The notes: a model not told the origin generated them from the sequence alone. A stretch of 33,426 bases of DNA from an uncultured bacterium (GCA_965369885.1 CBDUSV010000003.1:1-33426), one strand, 5' to 3'. Counted from the first letter of the stretch, positions 11,347-20,819 are shown. Numbers and translations: made by a program.

Positions 11347-11385
11347 ATTTTAGGCAAGTAAGCTATTTTGATGAAATGTTGGGCA
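11340..11385. promoter_or_regulatory. Two candidate NtrC-type binding sites overlapping and upstream of the dusB start
   Basis: 17-bp sites TGGCCATATTTTAGGCA (11340-11356) and TGATGAAATGTTGGGCA (11369-11385) have AT-rich cores and GGCA ends, resembling the TGCAC-N7-GTGCA NtrC palindrome. Imperfect matches. Confidence 0.4.
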
Positions 11386-11486
11386 ATCTTAGCCCACGGC
11401 CCCGGTCTTTTCAATCGAATTGGACCTGGAAAATAGGTGCTGGAAATTGAGGCTGGCGGCGCCCGCCCAGTCAGACCATCACCCGC

Positions 11487-12296
11487 TCAGCCGATCACCA
11501 CGTCGGTGATCAGCTTGACCCCGGGATAGCCGATGGTCAGCAACAGATAGGCCAACAGCACATAGCGCGCCACGCGCCGGCCGCCGATGCCGAAGCGGTA
11601 ATGGACAACCAACAGCGCACTGATGACGGCAAAGGCCGCGAGCGTGAACAGGGTCTTGTGGTTGAACACCAACACCGCGCCCGACTGGAAATATTGATTG
11701 GCCATGCCTGAGAGGATGACGGCGCCCAGCACCAGGAACGAGGCCCCAAGCAGGCCGACCTGGAGCGCCTCGCCATCGGCCACCGACGGCAACTTATGGC
11801 TAAGGCCGGTGGGATGCTTGGCCTTCAAGGCCCGTTCCTGCAGCGCCACGGCAAGGCCGGCGATGGCCGCCACCGTGATCAAGGCGTAGGTCAGAACCGA
11901 GACCCCGATATGGAAGCCGAGCCACACCCCGGGCGCCAGCGCCGCCAGCGGCCGTTCCGGGGCATGGGCCCAAAAGGTGGCGAGCAGTCCCAACAGCAAC
12001 AGATAAGGCGCCAACAGCACCGTCAGGCGGAATCCGTGACGGGTCGAGGCCGCGACCACGGCGAAAACCAGGATGCTGGCGGCGATGGTCAGCCACAGGG
12101 TCATCGACAATCCGGTGCTCCAGCCCCCGGTCAGTTGAACGTAACTCCAGCTCAAGGGGCCCGCCCCTGCGACCGCGATGGCGGCCCAAAAAACCACGCC
12201 GCGTCCGTGGAAATTCTCGCCGCGGACCACCGGCAAAAGGGCCACCGGCAACAAGGCCGCCAGGGCGGACAGGCTGTATATCCATTCAAATGCCAT
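11487..12296 (-). CDS. Cytochrome c assembly family (CcsA/YpjD-like) integral membrane protein
   Basis: About 8 hydrophobic helices with HIGVSVLTYAL, QERALKAK, LPS, NHKT and G-GRR...LAYLLLTIGYPG, matching the pattern I recall for YpjD-like proteins. No WWD motif. Confidence 0.8.
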   Translation of the reverse strand: MAFEWIYSLSALAALLPVALLPVVRGENFHGRGVVFWAAIAVAGAGPLSWSYVQLTGGWSTGLSMTLWLTIAASILVFAVVAASTRHGFRLTVLLAPYLLLLGLLATFWAHAPERPLAALAPGVWLGFHIGVSVLTYALITVAAIAGLAVALQERALKAKHPTGLSHKLPSVADGEALQVGLLGASFLVLGAVILSGMANQYFQSGAVLVFNHKTLFTLAAFAVISALLVVHYRFGIGGRRVARYVLLAYLLLTIGYPGVKLITDVVIG

Positions 12297-12304
12297 GGGC
12301 CGGA

Positions 12305-12332
12305 ACTATAACACCGATGGGCCGCCACCCAA
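12305..12332 (-). promoter_or_regulatory. Candidate sigma70 promoter for the ccsA-like gene (probably leaderless or near-leaderless)
   Basis: Minus strand TTGGGT-N16-TATAGT with TGn extension. The ATG is 8 nt after the -10 box and there is no Shine-Dalgarno. Confidence 0.4.
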
Positions 12333-12468
12333 TGGCCCTTTCCGCTGCATGAAACACACACGCGAAGTTTGGATTGCCGATGGCCCGGTGGGCCGCTACC
12401 CTTGATCAGGCTTCACACAACCGTTGGCCAGGGCCACGTCTGTTATCTGGCGCCTTTGAGGATCGTCA

Positions 12469-13647
12469 ATGAGTGATTGCGCCGTTCTGATCGTCGCCGC
12501 CGGACGTGGGACACGGTTCGCCGACGAGGTTCCGAAACAATATCTGCCGCTGGCCGGTGTTCCTGTGCTGCGTCACAGTGTCGGCGCCTTTGCCGGACAT
12601 CCGCGCTGTGGGCCGGTGCGGGTGGTGATCAATCCCATCGACCGCGACCTTTACGACGCGGCGGTGTCCGGGTTGGATGTGCTGGAGCCGGTGAATGGCG
12701 GCGCCAGACGCCAGGATTCGGTTCGCCTTGGCCTTGAAAGCCTGGAATCCCTGGCGCCGTCGCAGGTGTTGATCCACGATGCCGCCCGCCCCCTGATCGA
12801 TGCCGCCACCGTCGATGGCGTGATCGATGGGCTGAAGGATTGCCCCGGCGCCATCGCCGCGGTGCCGGTCACCGACAGCCTCAATCGCGGCGCCGATGGG
12901 CGCCTGGTGGAAGCGGTCGATCGCACCGATGTGTGGCGGGCGCAGACCCCGCAAGGCTTCCATTATGACGCCATCCTTGCCGCCCACCGCGCCGCCGCTC
13001 TAAAACCGGGGGCGGAATTCACCGATGATGCCGCCATTGCCCGGGATGCCGGCCTCGAAGTCGCGCTGGTGCCGGGAAACGAGGACAATATCAAATTGAC
13101 CACGCCCCAGGATATGAAACGCGCCCAAAGCCTGCTCGGCGCCATGGCCGGGGACGTGCGCACCGGCTCCGGCATCGATGTCCATTCGTTCGGCGCTGGC
13201 GGGGCCGGGCACCAGGTTATGCTGTGCGGCGTGGCGCTGGATCATGACGCGCCCCTGGTCGGCCACTCCGACGCAGATGTCGGGCTCCACGCCCTGACCG
13301 ATGCCTTGCTCGGCGCCTCGGCCGAAGGTGATCTTGGCAGCCATTTCCCGCCAACCGATCCCCAGTGGCGCGGCGCATCGTCGGATATTTTCGTCCGCCA
13401 TGCGGTGGACCTGATCCACCGCCGCGGCGGCGCCATCGTCCATGTGGACATCACCTTGATCTGCGAAACCCCGAAGATCGCCCCCCACCGCGAAGTCATG
13501 CGCGCCCATGTGGCGGGCCTCTTGGGGATCTCGGTCGCACAGGTTTCGATCAAGGCGACAACCACGGAAAAGCTCGGGTTCCTTGGCCGCGGTGAAGGCA
13601 TCGCCAGCCAGGCGATGGCGACCGTAAGGTTCCCGCAAGAGCCGTGA
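12469..13647 (+). CDS. ispDF: Bifunctional IspD/IspF (MEP cytidylyltransferase / MECDP synthase)
   Basis: IspD motifs AAGRGTRF..PKQY, RQDSV, IHDAARP, AQTPQGF, TDD, NIKLT. IspF motifs GIDVH, GHSDADVGLHALTDA, KATTTEKLGF.GRGEG. Confidence 0.97.
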   Translation: MSDCAVLIVAAGRGTRFADEVPKQYLPLAGVPVLRHSVGAFAGHPRCGPVRVVINPIDRDLYDAAVSGLDVLEPVNGGARRQDSVRLGLESLESLAPSQVLIHDAARPLIDAATVDGVIDGLKDCPGAIAAVPVTDSLNRGADGRLVEAVDRTDVWRAQTPQGFHYDAILAAHRAAALKPGAEFTDDAAIARDAGLEVALVPGNEDNIKLTTPQDMKRAQSLLGAMAGDVRTGSGIDVHSFGAGGAGHQVMLCGVALDHDAPLVGHSDADVGLHALTDALLGASAEGDLGSHFPPTDPQWRGASSDIFVRHAVDLIHRRGGAIVHVDITLICETPKIAPHREVMRAHVAGLLGISVAQVSIKATTTEKLGFLGRGEGIASQAMATVRFPQEP

Positions 13648-14150
13648 GCGCGGACCCCAAGCCAAGCGGACCGGCACGGCTGGCATGGTGGCATCCGGCC
13701 TTTGTGCTTGGCACCTGGTTCGGGGTGGGTCTGCTCCCCCTGGCCCCGGGCACCTGGGGTTCGATCGCCGCATTGCCGGTGGTGTGGCTGGTCCATACAT
13801 ATTTCGGCAGTGCCGGGCTCATGGCGGCGGCTGGCGTGGCGTTCGCCCTGGCCTGGTGGGTGGGCGGTCTTTTCATCGCCACCACCGAGAGCCACGACCC
13901 GGGTGAATTCGTCATCGACGAAGTGGCCGGCCAGATTCTCGCCCTCGCCATCGCCCTTGCCGTGATGCCGGCCAATGTGGTGATCTATGGGGCTGCTTTC
14001 GCGTTGTTCCGCTTGATCGACATTGCCAAGCCCTGGCCGGTCAATTGGGCCGACCGCAATGTCGCGGGCGGCCTCGGCATGGTCTTGGATGATATCTTTG
14101 CCGGAGTTTATGCCGGCGCTATCCTGTTGGTAATTTCCTACTTTCTTTGA
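13644..14150 (+). CDS. pgpA: Phosphatidylglycerophosphatase A
   Basis: G.G..P.APGTWGS, DPGEFVIDEVAG, FRLIDIAKPWP, GMVLDD. GTGA overlap with ispDF. Confidence 0.93.
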   Translation: MSADPKPSGPARLAWWHPAFVLGTWFGVGLLPLAPGTWGSIAALPVVWLVHTYFGSAGLMAAAGVAFALAWWVGGLFIATTESHDPGEFVIDEVAGQILALAIALAVMPANVVIYGAAFALFRLIDIAKPWPVNWADRNVAGGLGMVLDDIFAGVYAGAILLVISYFL

Positions 14151-14161
14151 ATGGGTAAGTC

Positions 14162-14650
14162 GTGTTTCCTAAGAATCTAATTGATCAAACCAAAGCCCTG
14201 ATCGAGGCCTGCCGGGATGGCGGATTGATGATCGGAACCGCGGAATCCTGCACCGGTGGCTTGCTGGCGGCGTGCCTGACCGAAGTTCCCGGTTCCTCCG
14301 ATGTGTTCGAGCGTGGCTTCGTCACCTACACCAATACCGCTAAGGTCGATCTACTTGGCGTTCCCGAAGCCTTGATACGCGATCCCGGCGCCGTCAGCGA
14401 AGAGGTCGCCCGGGCCATGGCCGAAGGCGTGCTTTCCCGTGTCAATGTGGATCTCAGCGTCTCCATCACCGGCATCGCCGGTCCCGGCGGTGGGACGCCG
14501 GCCAAGCCCCTCGGCCTTGTCCATATGGCGTCTTGCCGGCGTGGCGGCGATACCATCCATGAACGGCACGTGTTCTCAGGCAACCGCGGTGAAGTGCGCC
14601 TGGCCGCGGTGACGGCGGCGATCGATATCCTGACGCGCCAGACGGCATAG
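14162..14650 (+). CDS. cinA: CinA C-terminal domain protein / NMN amidohydrolase (PncC)
   Basis: TAESCTGG, PGSS.VF..GFVTY.N.AK, GAVSEEVARAMAEG, ITGIAGPGGG..KP.G. Confidence 0.92.
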   Translation: MFPKNLIDQTKALIEACRDGGLMIGTAESCTGGLLAACLTEVPGSSDVFERGFVTYTNTAKVDLLGVPEALIRDPGAVSEEVARAMAEGVLSRVNVDLSVSITGIAGPGGGTPAKPLGLVHMASCRRGGDTIHERHVFSGNRGEVRLAAVTAAIDILTRQTA

Positions 14651-14656
14651 CATTCC

Positions 14657-15448
14657 ATGGCGCAGAACCCACCGTCCAAGGATATGGAACATGTCCATGT
14701 CCTTCGCGCCCATGAGCTTGCCACCGTCCTTGGCATGGTCGGGGGTATGGTCGGGTTCGATGGCAAGACGGTGCTGGAAATCGGCGCCGGCGACGGCTTT
14801 CTCGCCGCCCGGCTGGCCGAGATCGCCGAGGTGACGGCGATTGATATTCCCGGCGCCCCCCATGCCGGCTCACGACTTTTCCCGGTCACGGAATATGACG
14901 GTGAGCATATCCCTTACCCCGACGGCAGTTTCGATATGGTGTTTTCCTCCAACGTGCTTGAGCACATTGCCCACATCATCGCCTTCCAATCCGAAATCCG
15001 CCGCGTTCTGAAACCCGGCGGCGTCGCGGTTCACGTGGTGCCGTCGGCAAGCTGGCGGATTTGGACGTCGTTTGCCCATTACCCGGCACTTCCGAAGAAT
15101 ATCTGGCGGCGTCTAGCCCGTGGGGATCCCCGCGGCGCTTCCGGGGGCGGCACCAATGAACACGGACAATCCCTGCTTGGCGTGCTGATATGGCGGGTGT
15201 TGCTGCCGGGACGTCACGGCGAAGTTGGCAATGCTATGGGCGAAATCCTCCGCTTCAGCCGGAGGCGTTGGATCAAATTGTTTCAGGGCACCGGCTGGAA
15301 GGTTAGCCAGGCCCAGCCATCGCGGCTGTTCTATACCGGCCACTCACTGATGGGGGAATGGTTGCCGATGGGACTCCGGCGGTGTTTGGCGGCTCTATTG
15401 GGAAGTGCCACCCATATCTTCATTCTGGCGCCGAAGCCGCCTGGGTAA
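14657..15448 (+). CDS. Class I SAM-dependent methyltransferase, substrate unknown
   Basis: Motif I VLEIGAGDG, PYPDGSFDMVFSSNVLEHI, EIRRVLKPGG. Confidence 0.85.
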   Translation: MAQNPPSKDMEHVHVLRAHELATVLGMVGGMVGFDGKTVLEIGAGDGFLAARLAEIAEVTAIDIPGAPHAGSRLFPVTEYDGEHIPYPDGSFDMVFSSNVLEHIAHIIAFQSEIRRVLKPGGVAVHVVPSASWRIWTSFAHYPALPKNIWRRLARGDPRGASGGGTNEHGQSLLGVLIWRVLLPGRHGEVGNAMGEILRFSRRRWIKLFQGTGWKVSQAQPSRLFYTGHSLMGEWLPMGLRRCLAALLGSATHIFILAPKPPG

Positions 15449-15449
15449 T

Positions 15450-15962
15450 TTATGACGCCAATTCCGGTGATGAAGCATCGCCGCCGGGGGGGCCATAGAT
15501 GACCCTGGCCCGGGTCTCGAAGGCCCTCACCATGTGCCGCACCGCTTCATTGAACAATGTGCCGATGAGGTGCTCCAGAAGCCGGGAGCGGAATTCGAAA
15601 TCGACATGGAAATCGATCTCGGCGCCACCCTCCGCAGGCAGGAACAGCCAACGGTTCCGCAAATGACGCAACGGCCCGTCGATATAGACCACATCGATGC
15701 GCCCGGCACCTGGCGCTAGCCCCTCCCCTCCGGTTTCCACATGGCCGTCCGGGGGGGCAAGCGTCACCTCCGAGGTAAAACTTTCGCGGAACATCTTGAA
15801 ACCGACCTTCATTTGCCATCGAAGGACGTTGCCGTCCTGGCGCAAAAGCCGGGCGCCGACGCACCACGGCAGGAACTCCGGATACTTCTCGACATCGGCG
15901 ACAAGATCGAAAAGCTGGCGGGCGCTGTAGGGAAGAATTCGTTTCTCGGCGTGGATCGGCAT
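15450..15962 (-). CDS. ratA: RatA/PasT / Coq10-like START-domain protein
   Basis: Start MPIHAEKR (ATG at 15962). LFDLVADVEKYPEFLPWC, VGFKMFRESFTS, GPLRHL.N.W.F, DFEFRS, AFETRA. Conserved lipA-ratA order. Confidence 0.92.
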   Translation of the reverse strand: MPIHAEKRILPYSARQLFDLVADVEKYPEFLPWCVGARLLRQDGNVLRWQMKVGFKMFRESFTSEVTLAPPDGHVETGGEGLAPGAGRIDVVYIDGPLRHLRNRWLFLPAEGGAEIDFHVDFEFRSRLLEHLIGTLFNEAVRHMVRAFETRARVIYGPPGGDASSPELAS

Positions 15963-15966
15963 TGGC

Positions 15967-16890
15967 TTATCGGGAGGTTCCCAATTTGGCATCGCGGGCA
16001 CGGCGAAGGGCCGCGAAATCCTCGCCCGCATGATAGGAGGACCGGGTCAAGGGCGAGGACGAAACCATACCGAACCCCTTCCCCATTGCCGTTGTTTGGT
16101 AAGCGGTGAATTCCTCGGGCGTGACATAACGCTCAACCGCGATGTGGCGCGTGGTCGGACGCAGATACTGGCCGATGGTGAGGAAATCGACTTCGGCGCT
16201 GCGCAAATCATCCATCACCTGGTGAACCTCGGTCTTGTCCTCACCGAACCCGACCATGATGCCCGATTTGGTGAAAACGGTGGCATCGAGGGATTTGATC
16301 TGATCCAGAAGGCGTAGCGAATGATAGTACCGCGCGCCGGGCCTGATAAGCGGGTAAAGCCGCGGCACGGTCTCCAGATTGTGGTTATAGACATCGGGGC
16401 GGGCCTCGACCACTGCCTCGACGGCGCCCGGCTTGCGCAGGAAATCCGGGGTCAGGACTTCGATGGTGGTGTTGGGCGCGGCCTCGCGGATGCGCTGAAT
16501 GCATCGCACGAACTGCCCGGCGCCGCCATCATCAAGATCGTCGCGGTCGACCGAGGTGATGACCACATGGGCAAGGCCCAATTCCGCCACCGCCCGGGCG
16601 ACGTGATCCGGCTCATGGCGATCAAGCGGGTCACCCCGGCCGGTGGCGACATTGCAGAAGGCGCAGGCCCGGGTGCAGACGCTGCCGAGAATCATCACGG
16701 TGGCATGGCGCTGGGCCCAGCATTCGCCGATATTGGGACATGCCGCCTCTTCGCAAACCGTGTTGAGGTTGTTTCGGCGCATCACCGCCCTTGTGTCTTG
16801 ATAGGCGCGGGTCCCCGGTGCCTTGACCCTTATCCAGGGCGGCTTTCGCAATGTATGGGGTTCAGGCCGAATATTTTCTATCTTGGCCAA
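15967..16890 (-). CDS. lipA: Lipoyl synthase
   Basis: [12 protein letters not shown] (CX4CX5C), CTRACAFC radical-SAM motif, NHNLETV, TIGQYL, RSSYHA. TTG start. Confidence 0.97.
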   Translation of the reverse strand: MAKIENIRPEPHTLRKPPWIRVKAPGTRAYQDTRAVMRRNNLNTVCEEAACPNIGECWAQRHATVMILGSVCTRACAFCNVATGRGDPLDRHEPDHVARAVAELGLAHVVITSVDRDDLDDGGAGQFVRCIQRIREAAPNTTIEVLTPDFLRKPGAVEAVVEARPDVYNHNLETVPRLYPLIRPGARYYHSLRLLDQIKSLDATVFTKSGIMVGFGEDKTEVHQVMDDLRSAEVDFLTIGQYLRPTTRHIAVERYVTPEEFTAYQTTAMGKGFGMVSSSPLTRSSYHAGEDFAALRRARDAKLGTSR

Positions 16891-16917
16891 GATCGATTGT
16901 CCGGGGACCGTTGGGGA

Positions 16918-19900
16918 CTACTCGGCCGCGGCTTGATTCGCCGCCGCTGCGGCTTCGATCACGCTGTCCGACGGGAAGCTGAGCTCGGCCAGCTTCTCAT
17001 AGACCGCGCGCCGGCGTTTGAGTTCGTCCTCGGCTTTGGCGACAAGCTGCTTGAACAGCTCTGGATCGCGGCGCTGGACCTGGATGAAGCGATTTTCGTT
17101 GCGCAGGTAATCTTCCAGGGGAATAGAGGGCGGCTTGCAATCAAGCTGCAATGGGTTTTTGTCGGTGCCGATTCGCCTGGGATCATAGCGGTAGAGCATC
17201 CAATAGCCGCTATCGACCGCCAATTGCATCTGGTCAAGCTCATTGGCCAGGTCATAGCCATGCTCGATACACGGGGAATTGGCGAGAATCAGTGACGTGC
17301 CCTTGTAGGCCGTGGCCTCCTGGATCGCCCGGACCAGTTGGGCGTCGCTGGCGCCGAAGGCGACCGAGGCGACATAAACATGGCCGTAAGTGATCGCCAT
17401 GAAGCCCAGATCCTTCTTCGGCGTGGTCTTGCCGCCGCTGACGAACTTGGCGGCGGCGCCGAGAGGCGTGGCCTTGGATTGCTGGCCGCCGGTGTTGGAA
17501 TAGACTTCCGTGTCCATGACCAGGATATTGACGTCATGGCCCGAGGCCAGGATGTGATCGAGGCCGCCGAAGCCGATATCATAGGCCCAGCCGTCACCGC
17601 CGATGATCCAGACGTCCTTCTTGACCAGATAGTCGGCATATTGACTGAGGGCCTTGGCCTCGGGGCTATCGATGCCGGCAAGCTTGCCGCGCAGGGCCAC
17701 GACGCGGGCACGCTGGGCCGCGATCTGGGTTTCGTCATCCTGGGGGGCGCTGAGGATTTCCTCGACCAGGGTCTCGCCGATTTCGGAGGCAAGGCCGGTC
17801 AACCGCTTGCGCGCCTGTTCCTTATGCTTGTCCAGCGCCAGCCGGAAGCCGAGGCCGAATTCCGCATTGTCCTCGAACAGCGAATTGGCCCAGGCCGGGC
17901 CACGGCCATCTTCATTGGTGGTGTAAGGCGTCGCCGGCAGGTTGCCGCCATAGATCGACGAACATCCGGTGGCGTTGGCGATCAGGGTGCGGTCGCCGTA
18001 AAGCTGGGTGATCAGTTTGATATAGGGGGTCTCACCACAGCCCGAGCACGCGCCTGAGAATTCGAACAGGGGCTCGCCGAACTGGGACATCTTGACGTTG
18101 GGGCGTAACTTGGTGCGGTCAGGATCGGGCAGGTCCAAGAAGAAGTCCCAATTCTTGCGCTCGGCCTCGACCAGGGGCGCCGGCGGCTTCATCACCAGTG
18201 ACAGCCGCTCGGGGTTTTCCTTGTCCTTGCCGGGGCAGACCTTCACACACAGGTTGCAACCGGTGCAGTCCTCCGGCGCGACCTGGACCGTGTAGGCGGC
18301 CTCGCCGAATTCCTTGGCCTTGTAGTTCATCGACAGGAAACCCTCAGGCGCGGTTTCAAGCTCGGCCGGGTCATAGGCCTTGACCCGGATGGCGGCGTGG
18401 GGGCAGACCAGGGCGCACTTGTTGCACTGGATGCACAGCTCCGGGATCCAGGTCGGGATTTCCGTGGCCAAGCCGCGCTTCTCCCATTTCGTCGTCCCCA
18501 TGGGCCAGGTGCCATCCACCGGCAAGGCGCTCACCGGCAACAGATCGCCCTTGCCTTCCAGCATCATGGCGGTGACCCGCTTGACGAAATCGGGGGCCTC
18601 ATCGGGCACGATGGGCGGCACGTCGAATTCGGCCGAGACCTTGGCCGGCACCTCGACTTCCTGGAGATGGCCGAGGGCCTGATCGACGGCGGCGTAATTC
18701 ATTTCCACGATCTTGGAGCCCTTGCTGCCATAGGTCTTCTTGATCGCGGCCTTGATCTCGGTGATGGCCTGGTCCTTGGGCAACACGCCGGAGATGGCGA
18801 AGTAGCAGGTCTGCATGATGGTGTTGATGCGATGGCCCATGCCGGTATCGGCGGCCACCTTGTTGGCATCGATGACGAAGAATTTGAGATCCAGATCGAT
18901 GATTTCCTGCTGCACCGAACTCGGCAGATTGTCCCACACCTTGTCATTGCCATAGGCCGAATTCAAAAGGAACGTCGCCCCCTTGGCGGCCCGCGACAGC
19001 ACATCGATCTGGCTGATAAAGTTCCACTGGTGGCAGGCGACGAATTCGGCCTTGTCGATCAGATATGGTGACTGGATCGGATCGGGGCTGAAGCGCAGAT
19101 GCGAGGTCGTCATCGACCCCGCCTTCTTGGAATCGTAAACGAAGTAACCCTGGGCGTGATTGTCCGTGGTCTCGGAGATGATCTTGATGGAGTTCTTGTT
19201 GGCGCCGACGGTGCCGTCGGAGCCCAGCCCGAAGAACACGCCGCGCTTGACGTTCTCGCCCTCGGTGTTGAAGCTTTCGTCGTAATCGAGGGACAGATGG
19301 GTGACGTCGTCGACGATGCCGACGGTAAAACTGTGCCTGGGTTTTTCCTTGTCGAGCTCGTCGAACACCCCCTTGACCATGCCCGGCGTGAATTCCTTCG
19401 ACGACAGCCCATAACGTCCACCGACAACCACCGGGTCCGCCGCCGAGGGCCTGAGGCCCGCGGCCTTGGCCTGGGACAGCGCCGTCACCACGTCGAGATA
19501 AAGCGGCTCACCCAATGAGCCGTGTTCCTTGGTGCGGTCGAGCACCCCGATGGCCTTGACCGTGACCGGTAAAGTGGCGATGAAATGGTCGAGCGAGAAC
19601 GGGCGGTAGAGATGAACCTTGATCACGCCCAGCTTCTCTCCACGGGCGTTCAAATAGTCCACCACCTCATGCACGGTTTCGCTGCCGGAGCCGATGATGA
19701 TGATGATCTTCTCGGCATCGGGATCGCCGATATAGTCGAACAGCTTGTATTGCCGTCCCGTCACCGTGGCGAAGTGGTCCATGGTCTGTTGGACGATCTC
19801 GGGGCAAGAAAGGTAATAGGGGTTCCGCGCTTCCTGCATCTGGAAGAAGGTATCCGGATTCTGTGACGAGCCCCGCAGCACCGGGTTATCCGGTGTCAGC

Positions 19901-20523
19901 GCGCGGTCGCGGTGGGCGGCGACCAGATCCTCGTCGATCATCTCCCTGAGTTCGTCGTCTGAGAGCTCAAGGAACTTATCGACCTGGTGGGAGGTGCGGA
20001 AGCCATCGAAGAAATGGATGAAGGGAACCCGCGACTTCAATGTCGCCGCGTGGCCGATACAGGCCATGTCCTGGGCTTCCTGGGGCGAACCCGATGCCAG
20101 CAGGGCCATGCCGGTCTGGCGCACCGCCATCACGTCGGACTGGTCGCCGAAAATGGAAAGCGCATGGGTCGCCACCGTGCGGGCGGACACATGCATGCAG
20201 AAAGAGGTCAGCTCACCCGCGATCTTGTACAGATTGGGGATCATCAGAAGCAGGCCCTGGGACGCGGTGAATGTGGTCGACAGCGCCCCGCTCTGCAGCG
20301 CGCCATGGACCGTCCCTATGGCGCCGGCCTCGGATTGCATCTCGATGATCTCAGGGATGGAACCCCAAAGGTTCTCCTTGCCCTGGACCGACCATTCTTC
20401 CGCCAGCTCGCCCATCACCGCCGAAGGGGTGATGGGGTAAATGCCAATGACTTCGCTTGTGCGGAAGGCGACCGACGCAACGCCCTCGTTGCCGTCAACC
20501 GTGATGGTCCGCCTCTTTGTCAT
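16918..20523 (-). CDS. nifJ: Pyruvate:ferredoxin/flavodoxin oxidoreductase, single-chain NifJ/Por type
   Basis: DGNE, YPITPS, EMQSEAGA, TTFTASQGLLLM, GLGSDGTVGANK, two [4Fe-4S] motifs (CIQCNKCALVCP, CTGCNLCVKVCP), ACSGCGE, NATGCSS, TPP motif GGDGWAYDIG, SNTGGQ and SPCIEHG. ATG at 20523 follows an AAGGAG RBS. Confidence 0.97.
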   Translation of the reverse strand: MTKRRTITVDGNEGVASVAFRTSEVIGIYPITPSAVMGELAEEWSVQGKENLWGSIPEIIEMQSEAGAIGTVHGALQSGALSTTFTASQGLLLMIPNLYKIAGELTSFCMHVSARTVATHALSIFGDQSDVMAVRQTGMALLASGSPQEAQDMACIGHAATLKSRVPFIHFFDGFRTSHQVDKFLELSDDELREMIDEDLVAAHRDRALTPDNPVLRGSSQNPDTFFQMQEARNPYYLSCPEIVQQTMDHFATVTGRQYKLFDYIGDPDAEKIIIIIGSGSETVHEVVDYLNARGEKLGVIKVHLYRPFSLDHFIATLPVTVKAIGVLDRTKEHGSLGEPLYLDVVTALSQAKAAGLRPSAADPVVVGGRYGLSSKEFTPGMVKGVFDELDKEKPRHSFTVGIVDDVTHLSLDYDESFNTEGENVKRGVFFGLGSDGTVGANKNSIKIISETTDNHAQGYFVYDSKKAGSMTTSHLRFSPDPIQSPYLIDKAEFVACHQWNFISQIDVLSRAAKGATFLLNSAYGNDKVWDNLPSSVQQEIIDLDLKFFVIDANKVAADTGMGHRINTIMQTCYFAISGVLPKDQAITEIKAAIKKTYGSKGSKIVEMNYAAVDQALGHLQEVEVPAKVSAEFDVPPIVPDEAPDFVKRVTAMMLEGKGDLLPVSALPVDGTWPMGTTKWEKRGLATEIPTWIPELCIQCNKCALVCPHAAIRVKAYDPAELETAPEGFLSMNYKAKEFGEAAYTVQVAPEDCTGCNLCVKVCPGKDKENPERLSLVMKPPAPLVEAERKNWDFFLDLPDPDRTKLRPNVKMSQFGEPLFEFSGACSGCGETPYIKLITQLYGDRTLIANATGCSSIYGGNLPATPYTTNEDGRGPAWANSLFEDNAEFGLGFRLALDKHKEQARKRLTGLASEIGETLVEEILSAPQDDETQIAAQRARVVALRGKLAGIDSPEAKALSQYADYLVKKDVWIIGGDGWAYDIGFGGLDHILASGHDVNILVMDTEVYSNTGGQQSKATPLGAAAKFVSGGKTTPKKDLGFMAITYGHVYVASVAFGASDAQLVRAIQEATAYKGTSLILANSPCIEHGYDLANELDQMQLAVDSGYWMLYRYDPRRIGTDKNPLQLDCKPPSIPLEDYLRNENRFIQVQRRDPELFKQLVAKAEDELKRRRAVYEKLAELSFPSDSVIEAAAAANQAAAE

Positions 20524-20819
20524 GTGGGAATCTCCTTCGCGGCGCATTCGCGGATGGTGATGCGCCAAGCCATTTCATACCGGATCAGAAGCCATAAACA
20601 GAAATCTTTACCATGACCTAAGAACGGATATTAACTTTGCCAGGGTTAAAATCCCACTGCAAATATCACCCTTTTGCGCCGCTTTGACCTCATGAAAAGT
20701 GAGCCCATGGCGGCAAAAGTCTTTTCAAAGAATGTTTTGTCCACTATCCGGGCGCAAGGGTCCAATAAAATTCGCACGAATGAATTCAATTTTTCTTGAT
20801 CGGCGCAATTTCATTACCC

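Noticed and set aside
20631-20649. Possible CtrA site TTAA...TTAA upstream of PFOR
   Set aside because: The spacer is 11 nt rather than the 7 nt of the CtrA consensus.
20796-20809. FNR/FixK-like box TTGATCGGCGCAA upstream of PFOR
   Set aside because: The spacing is one base short of TTG-N8-CAA. A second candidate, TTGACCTCATGAAA near 20683, has a poor right half. Neither is supportable.
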